From Nemertoderma westbladi (taxonomy: Eukaryota > Animalia > Xenacoelomorpha), in NCBI GenBank assembly GCA_032718475.1, contig JAUCBJ010002317.1, positions 18,564-82,563 on the forward strand: a DNA stretch of 64,000 nt. Direction: 5' to 3'. The notes beneath the pieces were generated by a model that saw only the letters and a program-made list of their open reading frames with translations, made no database searches and was not told the origin of the DNA. A program made the translations under genes and the position numbers. Every line of letters begins with the position of its first letter. Position 1 is the first letter of the stretch. Positions 26,095-39,500 of this stretch are shown in pieces.

Positions 26095-27672
26095 GAACCT
26101 CTCGGTTCCTAACTAGTGACGGGCCTAGCGGCCCGATAAGGAACCGACTTTTTATTTTAAATAAAAGAGACAACGAGAATTAGTATAGAACTAATAATTA
26201 TGTAAAAATACAATCATATTTCATACAATAATTATTAATAAATTCGATCTATTATTAGTTGCTCAATTCTAGAACAAAATCGACCTGCAACTAGTGAAGA
26301 CCTCGTTTTGGAATTTCGAAACCACGCTGGTGCGATGCGCGATATCGTGTTTAGTTAATAAATTGAAAACTCCATCAATTCATGTGCAACCAGTAATAAG
26401 AAATCGCGATAAATGTAATTAAATAAAAATTATTCTAGAAAAATTTTCCTCAAAAAGTATGAAGTCTTGGCATTGGTGACGCGAAACTAGGCTAGTGAGA
26501 TTCAGGATATTGCGTTTAATATAAAAATCGAAAACGCTATCGAATTCCGTAAAGGCGTTAATAAAATACTGCAACTTTTTTGAAATTTGTAAAATTCTAG
26601 AACTAGAAAAAATTAATTTTTGAACGGCGCTGTTTGGGGTTTCGAAACATGGATAGGCTGAAAGAGGACATCGAATTAAGTTGAAAAATGAAAACCCCAT
26701 CGAATTTGGACAAAGCGTTCCGGAGTTATAGCGGATCGAAAAAAATTGACCCCCCCCAGTCGCCAAAAATTTACAGTAATTTAAAATTTTGCAAAAAAAA
26801 TTTTTTGCGTTATTTTTGATGGCGAATCGATTGGCAGTACTGGCTACGAAAAATTTTTTTTTGAAATTTTTGGTCAGAAAAAAAAACATGGAAAAAGTAT
26901 ATTTTTAAAAAGATTTGATGTCTTTGCCTATGGTCAGAGAATGATCCAACTCTGTAACTTGGCAATCGCTCAAATCCATTCAGCTGAATGGCACAGTAGA
27001 GTAAACTAAAGTATATTCCCTATACAATGTTCTGAAGGGGAGACTGACAGAGAGTCCAACAATAAAACATTTTGCAATAATGTTGACATTAATGTAGCCA
27101 ACTCACTGTGTACTTAAGTCATTCAGCTTACATTAGCAGAGGGAGATATTCCCATAGAGTGCGCATTGGGAAGAGTAATTCAGCTGAGGCAATAATAGAT
27201 TTCAAACTAAACCAACCAGTTAATATTTGCTTTGACAGAGTGTCCTAGGGCCTAAACAAACAGTATGGGTGTACTAAGTACAATAATCTTGGCAACCTCA
27301 TCGATTTATACTAAGCCTTGTGTAGAAATCCATTACATAAGCCATTTTTCATCACGACACCAGCTGTTATTGGTGTTATTTTACCATTGCGCCTATGGCG
27401 TTTTTTCGTTTATGTCTATTTTTCGAGCCCACGGCTCATGGACGAAATAGCGGAACATACCAGGGACCTTAGAATCGCGGTATCCAGCCGCTGTGAAAAT
27501 TTCATCAAAATCGTTAGAGTAGTTTTGGCTGTAGATCAGCCAGTCAGTCAGCCAGCCAGTCAATCAATCAGCCAACAATTCTTACAGTAATGAACCTCTC
27601 GGTTCCTAACTAGTGACGGGCCTAGCGGCCCGATAAGGAACCGACTTTTTATTTCAAATAAAAGAGACAACG

Positions 27673-28475
27673 AGCTCGGCTCGGTCTTGCACGATTGGGC
27701 ACGATTAAGTTCGACTTGGCTTGATTGGCTCGGTTTGGCTCGGCTCGGCTCGGTTCGGCTCGGCTCGGCTCGGCTCGGCTCGGCTCGGCTCGGCTCGGCT
27801 CGGCTCGGCTCGGCTCGGCTCGGCTCGGCTCGGCTCGGCTCGGCTCGGCTCGGCTCGGCTCGGCTCGGCTCGGCTCGGCTTGGCTCGGCTCGGCTTGGCT
27901 CGGCTCGGCTAGGCTCGGCTCGGCTCGATTAGGCTCGGCTCAGCTCGGCTCGGCTTGGCTCGGCCTGGCTCGGCTCGGCTTGGCTCGGCTCGGCTCGGCT
28001 CGGCTCGGCTCGGCTCGGCTCGGCTCAGCTCGGCTCGGCTCGGCTCGACTCGGCTCGGCTCGGCTCGGCCTGGCTCGGCTTGGCTCAGCCTGGCTCGGCT
28101 CGGCTTGGCTCGGCCTGGCTCGGCTCGGCACGGCTCGGCTCGGCTCGGTTCGGCTCGGCTTGGCACGGCACGGCTCGGCTCGGTTCGGCTCGGCTTGGCT
28201 CGGCTCGGCTCGGCTCGGCTCGTCTTGGCTTGGCTCGGCTCGGCTCGGCTCGGCTCGGCTCGGCTCGGCTCGGCTCGGCTCGGCTCGGCTCGGCTCGGCT
28301 CGGCTCGGCTCGGCTCGGCTCGGCTCGGCTCGGCTCGGCTCGGCTCGGCTCGGCTCGGCTCGGCTCGGCTCGGCTCGGCTCGGCTCGGCTCGGCTCGGCT
28401 CGGCTCGGCTCGGCTCGGCTCGGCTTGGCTCGGCTCGGCTCGGCTCGGCTCGGCTCGGCTCGGCTTGGCTCGGTC
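27673..28475. repeat. (GGCTC)n microsatellite in a C-body unit
   Basis: About 800-bp pentamer run followed by ~104-bp CACGTGCTGCTCGAAGG subrepeats. Confidence 0.97.
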
Positions 28476-31400
28476 TGAGTCGACTCCCCGTGCTGCTCGA
28501 AGGGTGCAAATACATATATGGAAGGGTCAAAGCAAAACTCACGTGCTGCTCGAAGGGACAAAGTCAAACAATGTGTCTATTATTTGATGTAATTCACGTG
28601 CTGCTCGAAGGGCGCAAATACATATATCGAAGGGTCAAAGCAAAACTCACGTGCTGCTCGAAGGGACAAAGTCAAACAATGTGTCTATTATTTGATGTAA
28701 TTCACGTGCTGCTCGAAGGGCGCAAATACATATATCGAAGGGTCAAAGCAAAACTCACGTGCTGCTCGAAGGGACAAAGTCAAACATTGTGTCTATTATT
28801 TGATCATCTCACGTGCTGCTAGAAGGGCGCAACTACATATATCGAAACAAGCCCCTGTCTTGTATTTTAATTATATCAGAAATCGTTGCCTTCAGTACAA
28901 ATATCTAAAAATTCATTCACCTGAAGTATGGGTAACATTATAAATTCGTTTTTCGCACAGTAGAGTTAACTAAGCAAATACCCTCCAGGTTGACTGAATG
29001 ATTTTATTAATGTTTGCCATGCATAATGAGCTATATTTGGGTCCCATGACCCACCCCATTGAACAGCTTTGCTTACATCTGATAGAAAGTAATCCCAAAT
29101 TAACTTCCCTCTACGAAAATTATTTTAATTAAATACATACAACATAGCAGCAGTCAACTCTGCTATCAACAGTACACAATAACTAAAATGGCATTCAGCT
29201 TACCAGCTATTCGCATTAAGCTAATAGATATTCGATTTCATTGGATTCAGTGAGTGTGTGAGGGCTATTGGGAGAGCAATCAGCTTATGATGTAATACAT
29301 TAGAATCCCACAGCTTTTGTTTGCTTACTGTCTGAGTTGTAGAGTGAGGATAATACTTGGCAGAGAAAGCATTTCCTTGTTAGGTGGCCATTCCTATAGA
29401 ATAGCATTACTAGGCCATCTCTATGCATTTTTCATGAGTGCCAGCTGGTGTTTTTATCATTGCGCCTATGGCGTTTTTTCGTTTATGTCTATTTTTCGAG
29501 CCCACGGCTCATGGACAAAATAGCGGAACATTCCAGGGACCTTAGAATCGCGGTATCTAGCCGCTGTGAAAATTTCATCAAAATCGTTAGAGTAGTTTTG
29601 GCTGTAGATCAGTCAGCCAGCCAGCCAGTCTCGAGCAATTCTTACAGTAATGAACCTCTCGTTTTTTCGTTTATGTCTATTTTTCGAGCCCACGGCTCAT
29701 GGACAAAATAGCGGAACATTCCAGGGACCTTAGAATCGCGGTATCTAGCCGCTGTGAAAATTTCATCAAAATCGTTAGAGTAGTTTTGGCTGTAGATCAG
29801 TCAGCCAGCCAGCCAGTCTCGAGCAATTCTTACAGTAATGAACCTCTCGGTTCCTAACTAGCGGCCCGATAAGGAACCGACTTTTTATTTCAAATAAAAG
29901 AGACAACGAGAATTATTATAGAACTAATAATTATGTAAAAATACAATCATATTTCATACAATAATTATTAATAAATTCGATCTATTATTAGTTACTCAAT
30001 TCTAGAACAAAATCGACCTGCAACTAGTGAAGACCTCGTTTTGGAATTTCGAAACCACGCTGGTGCGATGCGCGATATCGTGTTTAGTTAATAAATTGAA
30101 AACTCCATCAATTCATGTGCAACCAGTAATAAGAAATCGCGATAAATGTAATTAAATAAAAATTATTCTAGAAAAATTTTCCTCAAAAAGTATGAAGTCT
30201 TGGCGTTGGTGACGCGAAACTAGGCTAGTGAGATTCAGGATATTGCGTTTAATATAAAAATTGAAAACGCTATCGAATTCCGTAAAGGCGTTAATAAAAT
30301 ACTGCAACTTTTTTGAAATTTGTAAAATTCTAGAACTAGAAAAAATTAATTTTTGAACGGCGCTGTTTGAGGTTTCGAAACATGGATAGGCTGAAAGAGG
30401 ACATCGAATTAAGTTGAAAAATGAAAACCCCATCGAATTTGGACAAAGCGTTCCGGAGTTATAGCGGATCGAAAAAAATTGACCCCCCCCAGTCGCCAAA
30501 AATTTACAGTAATTTAAAATTTTGCAAAAAAAATTTTTTGCGTTATTTTTGATGGCGAATCGATTGGCAGTACTGGCTACGAAAAATTTTTTTTGAAATT
30601 TTTGGTCAGAAAAAAAAACATGGAAAAAGATTTAAAAAAGATTTGATGTCTTTGCCTATGGTCAGAGAATGATCCAACTCTGTAACTTGGCAATCGCTCA
30701 AATCCATTCAGCTGAATGGCACAGTAGAGTAAACTAAAGTAAATTCCCTATACAATGTTCTGAAGGGGAGACTGACAGAGAGTAATCCAACAATAATACA
30801 TGTTGCAATAATGTTGGCATTAATGTAGCCAACTCACTGTGTACGTAACAGTCATTCAGCTTACATTAGCAGAGTGAGATATTCTCATAGATTGCATTGG
30901 GAAGAGTAATTCAGCTGAGGAGATATTAGATTTCAAACTAAACCAACCCGTTAATGTTTGCTTTGACAGAGAGTGGTGGCCTATACAAACAGTATGGGTG
31001 TACTGAGTATAATAATCTTGGCAACCTCATCGATTTATTACTAAGCCTTCTGTAGAAATGCATTACATAAGCCATTTTTCATCACGACACCAGCTGTTAT
31101 TGGTGTTATTTTACCATTGCGCCTATGGCGTTTTTTCGTTTATGTCTATTTTTCGAGCCCACGGCTCATGGACGAAATAGCGGAACATACCAGGGACCTT
31201 AGAATCGCGGTATCAAGCCACTGTGAAAATTTCATCAAAATCGTTAGAGTAGTTTTGGCTGTAGATCAGCCAGTCAGTCAGCCAGCCAGTCAATCAATCA
31301 GCCAACAATTCTTACAGTAATGAACCTCTCGGTTCCTAACTAGCGGCCCGATAAGGAACCGACTTTTTATTTCAAATAAAAGAGACAACGAGAATTATTA

Positions 31401-32783
31401 TAGAACTAATAATTATGTAAAAATACAATCATATTTCATACAATAATTATTAATAAATTCGATCTATTATTAGTTACTCAATTCTAGAACAAAATCGACC
31501 TGCAACTAGTGAAGACCTCGTTTTGGAATTTCGAAACCACGCTGGTGCGATGCGCGATATCGTGTTTAGTTAATAAATTGAAAACTCCATCAATTCATGT
31601 GCAACCAGTAATAAGAAATCGCGATAAATGTAATTAAATAAAAATTATTCTAGAAAAATTTTCCTCAAAAAGTATGAAGTCTTGGCGTTGGTGACGCGAA
31701 ACTAGGCTAGTGAGATTCAGGATATTGCGTTTAATATAAAAATCGAAAACGCTATCGAATTCCGTAAAGGCGTTAATAAAATACTGAAACTTTTTTGAAA
31801 TTTGTAAAATTCTAGAACTGGAAAAAATTATTTTTTGAACGGCGCTGTTTGGGGTTTGGAAACATGGATAGGCTGAAAGAGGACATCGAATTAAGTTGAA
31901 AAATGAAAACCCCATCGAATTTGGACAAAGCGTTCCGGAGTTATAGCGGATCGAAAAAAATTGACCCCCCCCAGTCGCCAAAAATTTACAGTAATTTAAA
32001 ATTTTGCAAAAAAAATTTTATGCGTTATTTTTGATGGCGAATCGATTGGCAGTACTGGCTACGAAAAATTTTTTTTGAAATTTTTGGTCAGAAAAAAAAA
32101 CATGGAAAAAGTATATTTTAACAAGATTTGCCTTTGCCTATGGTCAGAGAATGATCCAACTCTGTAACTTGGCAATCGCTCAAATCCATTCAGCTGAATG
32201 GCACAGTAGAGTAAACTAAAGTAAATTTCCTATACAATGTTCTGAAGGGGAGACTGACAGAGAGTAATCAAACAATAAAACATTTTGCAATAATGTTGGC
32301 ATTAATGTAGCCGATACACTGTATACCTAATAGTCATTCAGCAGGGGGAAGAGTTATTCAGCTGAGGCGGTAATAGATTGCAAACTAAACCAACCAGTTG
32401 GCAGCCTCATCGATTTATACTAAGCCTGTGTAGAACCACAAACTAAATCAACCAGTTAATATTTGCTTTGACAAAGAGTGCAGGGCCTAAACAAACAGTA
32501 TGGGTGTACTGAATATAATAATCTTGGCAACCTCATCGATTTATTACTAAGCCTTGTGTAGAAATGCATTACATAAGCCATTTTTCATCACGACACCAGC
32601 TGTTATTGGTGTTATTTTACCATTGCGTCTATGGCGTTTTTTTGTTTATGTCTATTTCTCGAGCCCACGGCTCATGGACGAAATAGCGGAACATACCAGG
32701 GACCTTAGAATCGCGGTATCCAGCCGCTGTGAAAATTTCATCAAAATCGTTAGAGTAGTTTTGGCTGTAGATTAGCCAGCCAG

Positions 32784-32814
<31 letters not shown>

Positions 32815-32916
32815 GCCAACAATTCTTACAGTAATGAACCTCTCGGTTCCTAACTAGTGACGGGCCTAGCGGCCCGATAAGGAACCGACTTTTTATTTCA
32901 AATAAAAGAGACAAAG

Positions 32917-33590
32917 AGCTTGGCTCGGTCTTGCACGATTGGGCACGATTAAGTTCGACTTGGCTTGATCGGCTCGGTTTGGCTCGATTAGGCTCGGCTC
33001 GGCTCGGCTCGGCTCAGCTCGGCTCGGCTCGGCTCGGCTCGGCTCGGCTCGGCTCGGCTTGGCTCGGCCTGGCTCGGCTCGGCTCGGCCTGGCTCGGCTC
33101 GGCTCGGCTCGGCCTGGCTCGGCTCGGCTCGGCTCGGCTCGGCTCGGCTCGGCTCGGCTCGGCTCGGCTCGGCTCGGCTCGGCTCGGCTCGGCTCGGCTC
33201 GGCTCGGCTCGGCTCGGCTCGGCTCGGCTCGGCTCGGCTCGGCCCGGCCCGGCCCGGCTCGGCTTGGCCCGGCTCAGCCCGGCTCGGCTCGGCTCGGCTC
33301 GGCACGGCTCGGCTCGGCACGGCTCGGCTCGGCTCGGCTCGGCTCGGCTCGGCACGGCTCGGTTCGGCTCGGCTCGGCTCGGCTTGGCTCGGCACAGCTC
33401 GGCTCGGCTCGGCTCTGCTCGGCTCGGCTCTGCTCGGCTCGGCTCGGCTCGGCTCGGCTCGGCTCGGCTCGGCTCGGCTCGGCTCGGCTCGGCTCGGCTC
33501 GGCTCGGCTCGGCTCGGCTCGGCTCGGCTCGGCTCGGCTCGGCTCGGCTCGGCTCGGCTCGGCTCGGCTCGGCTCGGCTTGGCTCGGTCT
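32917..33590. repeat. (GGCTC)n microsatellite in a C-body unit
   Basis: About 670-bp pentamer run followed by the ~104-bp subrepeats. Confidence 0.97.
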
Positions 33591-36500
33591 GAGTCGACTC
33601 CCTGTGCTGCTCGAAGGGCGCAAATACATATATCGAAGGGTCAAAGCAAAACTCACGTGCTGCTCGAAGGGACAAAGTCAAACAATGTGTCTATTATTTG
33701 ATGTAATTCACGTGCTGCTCGAAGGGCGCAAATACATATATCGAAGGGTCAAAGCCAAACTTACGTGCTGCTCGAAGGGACAAAGTCAAACAGTGTGTCT
33801 ATTATTTGATGTAGCTCACGTGCTGCTCAAAGGGCGCAACTACATATATCGAAACAAGCCCCTGTCTTGTATTTTAATTATATCAGAAATCCTTGCCTTC
33901 AGTACAAAATATCTAAAAATTCATTTACCTGAAGTATGGGTAACATTATAAATTCGCTTTTCACATAGTAGTTAACTAAAGCAAATACCCTTCAGGTTGA
34001 CTGAATGATTTTATTAATGTTTGCCATGCATAATGTATTATATTTGGGTTCCATGACCCACCCCATTGATTGAACAGCTTTGCTTACATCAGATAGAGAG
34101 TAATCCCAAATTAACTTCCCTCTACGAAAATGATTTTAATTAAATACATACAACATAGCAGTCTACTCTACAGTCAACAGTAGTAGGCCTACACAATAAC
34201 TAAAATGGCATTCAGCTTACCAGCTATTCGCATTAAGCTAATAGATATTCGATTTCATTGGATTCAGTGAGTGTGTGAGGGCTATTGGGAGAGCAATCAG
34301 CTTATGATGTAATACATTAGAATACCACGGCTTTTGTTTGCTTACTGTCTGAGTTGTAGAGTGAGGATAAAACTTGGCAGAGAAAGCATTTCCTTGTTAG
34401 GTGGCCATTCCTATTGTAATATCATTACTAGGCTATCTCTATTCATTTTTCATGAGTGCCAGCTGGTGTTTTTATCATTGCGCCTATGGCGTTTTTTCGT
34501 TTATGTCTATTTTTCGAGCCCACGGCTCATGGACGAAATAGCGGAACATACCAGGGACCTTAGAATCGCGGTATCTAGCCGCTGTGAAAATTTCATCAAA
34601 ATCGTTAGAGTAGTTTTGGCTATAGATTAACCAGCCAGCCACCAACAATTCTTACAGTAATGAACCTCCTAACTAGTGACGGGCCTAGCGGCCCGATAAG
34701 GAACCGACTTTTTATTTTAAATAAAAGAGACAACGAGAATTAGTATAGAACTAATAATTATGTAAAAATACAATCATATTTCATACAATAATTATTAATA
34801 AATTCGATCTATTATTAGTTGCTCAATTCTAGAACAAAATCGACCTGCAACTAGTGAAGACCTCGTTTTGGAATTTCGAAACCACGCTGGTGCGATGCGC
34901 GATATCGTGTTTAGTTAATAAATTGAAAACTCCATCAATTCATGTGCAACCAGTAATAAGAAATCGCGATAAATGTAATTAAATAAAAATTATTCTAGAA
35001 AAATTTTCCTCAAAAAGTATGAAGTCTTGGCATTGGTGACGCGAAACTAGGCTAGTGAGATTCAGGATATTGCGTTTAATATAAAAATCGAAAACGCTAT
35101 CGAATTCCGTAAAGGCGTTAATAAAATACTGCAACTTTTTTGAAATTTGTAAAATTCTAGAACTAGAAAAAAATAATTTTTGAACGGCGCTGTTTGGGGT
35201 TTCGAAACATGGATAGGCTGAAAGAGGACATCGAATTAAGTTGAAAAATGAAAACCCCATCGAATTTGGACAAAGCGTTCCGGAGTTATAGCGGATCGAA
35301 AAAAATTGACCCCCCCCCAGTCGCCAAAAATTTACAGTAATTTAAAATTTTGCAAAAAAAATTTTTTGCGTTATTTTTGATGGCGAATCGATTGGCAGTA
35401 CTGGCTACGAAAAATTTTTTTTTGAAATTTTTGGTCAGAAAAAAAAACATGGAAAAAGTATATTTTTAAAAAGATTTGATGTCTTTGCCTATGGTCAGAG
35501 AATGATCCAACTCTGTAACTTGGCAATCGCTCAAATCCATTCAGCTGAATGGCACAGTAGAGTAAACTAAAGTAAATTCCCTATACAATGTTCTGAAGGG
35601 GTGACTGACAGAGAGTAATCCAACAATAAAACATTTTGCAATAATGTTGGCATTAATGTAGCCAACTCACTGTGTACGTGACAGTCATTCAGCTTACATT
35701 AGCAGAGTGAGATATTCCCATAGATTGCATTGGGAAGAGTAATTCAGCTGAGGCGATATTAGATTTCAAACTAAACCAACCAGTTAATAATGTTTGCTTT
35801 GACAGAGAGTGGTGGCCTATACAAACAGTATGGGTGTACTGAGTATAATAATCTTGGCAACCTCATCGATTTATTACTAAGCCTTCTGTAGAAATGCATT
35901 ACATAAGCCATTTTTCATCACGACACCAGCTGTCATGGGTGTTATTTTACCATTGCGCCTATGGCGTTTTTTCGTTTATGTCTATTTTTCGAGCCCACGG
36001 CTCATGGACGAAATAGCGGAACATACCAGGGACCTTAGAATCGCGGTATCTAGCCGCTGTGAAAATTTCATCAAAATCGTTAGAGTAGTTTTGGCTGTAG
36101 ATTAGTCAGTCAGTCAGTCAGTCAGCCAGCCAGCCAGCCAGTCTCGAGCAATTCTTACAGTAATGAACCTCTCGGTTCCTAACTAGTGACGGGCCTAGCG
36201 GCCCGATAAGGAACCGACTTTTTATTTTAAATAAGAGACAACGAGAATTAGTATAGAACTAATAATTATGTAAAAATACAATCATATTTCATACAATAAT
36301 TATTAATAAATTCGATCTATTATTAGTTGCTCAATTCTAGAACAAAATCGACCTGCAACTAGTGAAGACCTCGTTTTGGAATTTCGAAACCACGCTGGTG
36401 CGATGCGCGATATCGTGTTTAGTTAATAAATTGAAAACTCCATCAATTCATGTGCAACCAGTAATAAGAAATCGCGATAAATGTAATTAAATAAAAATTA

Positions 36501-39500
36501 TTCTAGAAAAATTTTTCTCAAAAAGTATGAAGTCTTGGCGTTGGTGACGCGAAACTAGGCTAGTGAGATTCAGGATATTGCGTTTAATATAAAAATCGAA
36601 AACGCTATCGAATTCCGTAAAGGCGTTAATAAAATACTGCAACTTTTTTGAAATTTGTAAAATTCTAGAACTAGAAAAAAATAATTTTTGAACGGCGCTG
36701 TTTGGGGTTTCGAAACATGGATAGGCTGAAAGAGGACATCGAATTAAGTTTAAAAATGAAAACCCCATCGAATTTGGACAAAGCGTTCAGGAGTTATAGC
36801 GGATCGAAACAAATGTACCCCCCCCCCCAGTCGCCAAAAATTTACAGTAATTTAAAATTTTGCAAAAAAAATTTTTGCGTTATTTTTGATGGCGAATCGA
36901 TTGGCAGTACTGGCTACGAAATTTTTTTTTTGAAATTTTTGGTCAGAAAAAAAAACATGGAAAAAGTATATTTTTAAAGTCAGAGAATGATCCAACTCTG
37001 TAACTTGGCAATCGCTCAAATCCATTCAGCTGAATGGCACAGTAGAGTAAACTAAAGGAAATTCCCTATACAATGTTCTGAAGGGGAGACTGACAGAGAG
37101 TAATTCAACAATAAAACATTTTGCAATAATGTTGGCATTAATGTAGCCAACACACTGTGTACTTAAGTCATTCAGCTTACATTAGCAGAGGGAGAAACTT
37201 GGATACTCAACTAGAATGCATTGGGAAGAGTTATTCAGCTGAGGCAATAATAGATTTCAAACTAAACCAACCAGTTTATATTTGCTTTGACAGGGCCTAA
37301 ACAAACAGTATGGGTGTACTAAGTACAATAATCTTGGCAACCTCATCGATTTATACTAAGCCTTGTGTAGAAATCCATTACATAAGCCATTTTTCATCGC
37401 GACACCAGCTGTTATTGGTGTTATTTTACCATTGCGCTAATGGCGTTTTTTCGTTTATGTTTATTTTTCGAGCCCACGGCTCATGGACGAAATAGCGGAA
37501 CATACCAGGGACCTTAGAATCGCGGTATCTAGCCGCTGTGAAAATTTCATCAAAATCGTTAGAGTAGTTTTGGCTGTAGATCAGTCAGTCAGTCAGTCAG
37601 TCAGTCAGTCAGTCAGTCAGTCAGCCACAAGCAATTCTTACAGTAATGAACCTCTCGGTTCCTAACTAGTGACGGGCCTAGCGGCCCGATAAGGAACCGA
37701 CTTTTTATTTTAATTTAAAAGAGACAACGAGAATTAGTATAGAACTAATAATTATGTAAAAATACAATCATATATCATACAATAATTATTTATAAATTTG
37801 ATCTATTATTATTTGCTCAATTCTAGAACAAAATCGACCTGCAACTAGTGAAGACCTCGTTTTGGAATTTCGAAACCACGCTGGTGCGATGCGCGATATC
37901 GTGTTTAGTTAATAAATTGAAAACTCCATCAGTTCATGTGCAACCAGTAATAAGAAATCGCGATAAATGTTATTAAATAAAAATTATTCTAGAAAAATTT
38001 TCCTCAAAAAGTATGAAGTCTTGGCATTGGTGACGCGAAACTAGGCTAGTGAGATTCAGGATATTGCGTTTAATATAAAAATCGAAAACGCTATCGAATT
38101 CCGTAAAGGCGTTAATAAAATACTGCAACTTTTTTGAAATTTGTAAAATTCTAGAACTAGAAAAAATTAATTTTTGAACGGCGCTGTTTGGGGTTTCGAA
38201 ACATGGATAGGCTGAAAGAGGACATCGAATTAAGTTGAAAAATGAAAACCCCATCGAATTTGGACAAAGCGTTCCGGAGTTATAGCGGATCGAAAAAAAT
38301 TGACCCCCCCCAGTCGCCAAAAATTTACAGTAATTTAAAATTTTTGAAAAAAAATTTTTTGCGTTATTTTTGATGGCGAATCGATTGGCAGTACTGGCTA
38401 CAAAAATTTTTTTTTTGAAATTTTTTGTCAGAAAAAAAAACATGGAAAAAGTATATTTTTAAAAAGATTTCATGTCTTTGCCTATGGTCCGAGAATGATC
38501 CAACTCTGTAACTTGGCAATCGCTCAGAGTATCAGTATAAGGCTGAGTAAACATTCCACCTTATAAGCATAAAGCCTCCACAGTATTAATGTTGGCATTA
38601 ATGTAGCCGATACACTGTATACCTAATAGTCATTCAGCAGGGGGAAGAGTTATTCAGCTGAGGCGGTAATAGATTGCAAACTAAACCAACCAGTTGGCAG
38701 CCTCATCGATTTATACTAAGCCTGTGTAGAACCACAAACTAAATCAACCAGTTAATATTTGCTTTGACAGAGTGTCCTAGGGCTTAAACAAACAGTATGG
38801 GTGTACTGAGTACAATACTGTAATCTTGGCAACCTCATCGATTTATACTAAGCCTTGTGTAGAAATCCATTACATAAGCCATTTTTCATCACGACACCAG
38901 CTGTTATTGGTGTTATTTTACCATTGCGCCTAAGGCGTTTTTTCGTTTATGTCTATTTTTCGAGCCCACGGCTCATGGACGAAATAGCGGAACATACCAG
39001 GGACCTTAGAATCGCGGTATCTAGCCGCTGTGAAAATTTCATCAAAATCGTTAGAGTAGTTTTGGCTATAGATTAACCAGCCAGCCACCAACAATTCTTA
39101 CAGTAATGAACCTCTCGGTTCCTAACTAGTGACGGGCCTAGCGGCCCGATAAGGAACCGACTTTTTATTTTAAATAAAAGAGACAACGAGAATAAATATA
39201 GAACTAATCATTATGTAAAAATACAATCATATTTCATACAATAATTATTAATAAATTCAATCAATTATTAGTTGCTCAATTCTAGAACAAAAACGACATG
39301 CAACTAGTGAAGACCTCGTTTTGGAATTTCGAAACCACGCTGGTGCGATGCGCGATATCGTGTTTAGTTAATAAATTGAAAACTCCATCAATTCATGTGC
39401 AACCAGTAATAAGAAATCGCGATAAATGTAATTAAATAAAAATTATTCTAGAAAAATTTTCCTCAAAAAGTATGAAGTATTGGCATTGGTGACGCGAAAC

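Noticed and set aside
14950-33701. LGSAR / AEPSR repeat proteins up to 365 aa
   Set aside because: Translations of stop-free (GGCTC)n in several frames on both strands.
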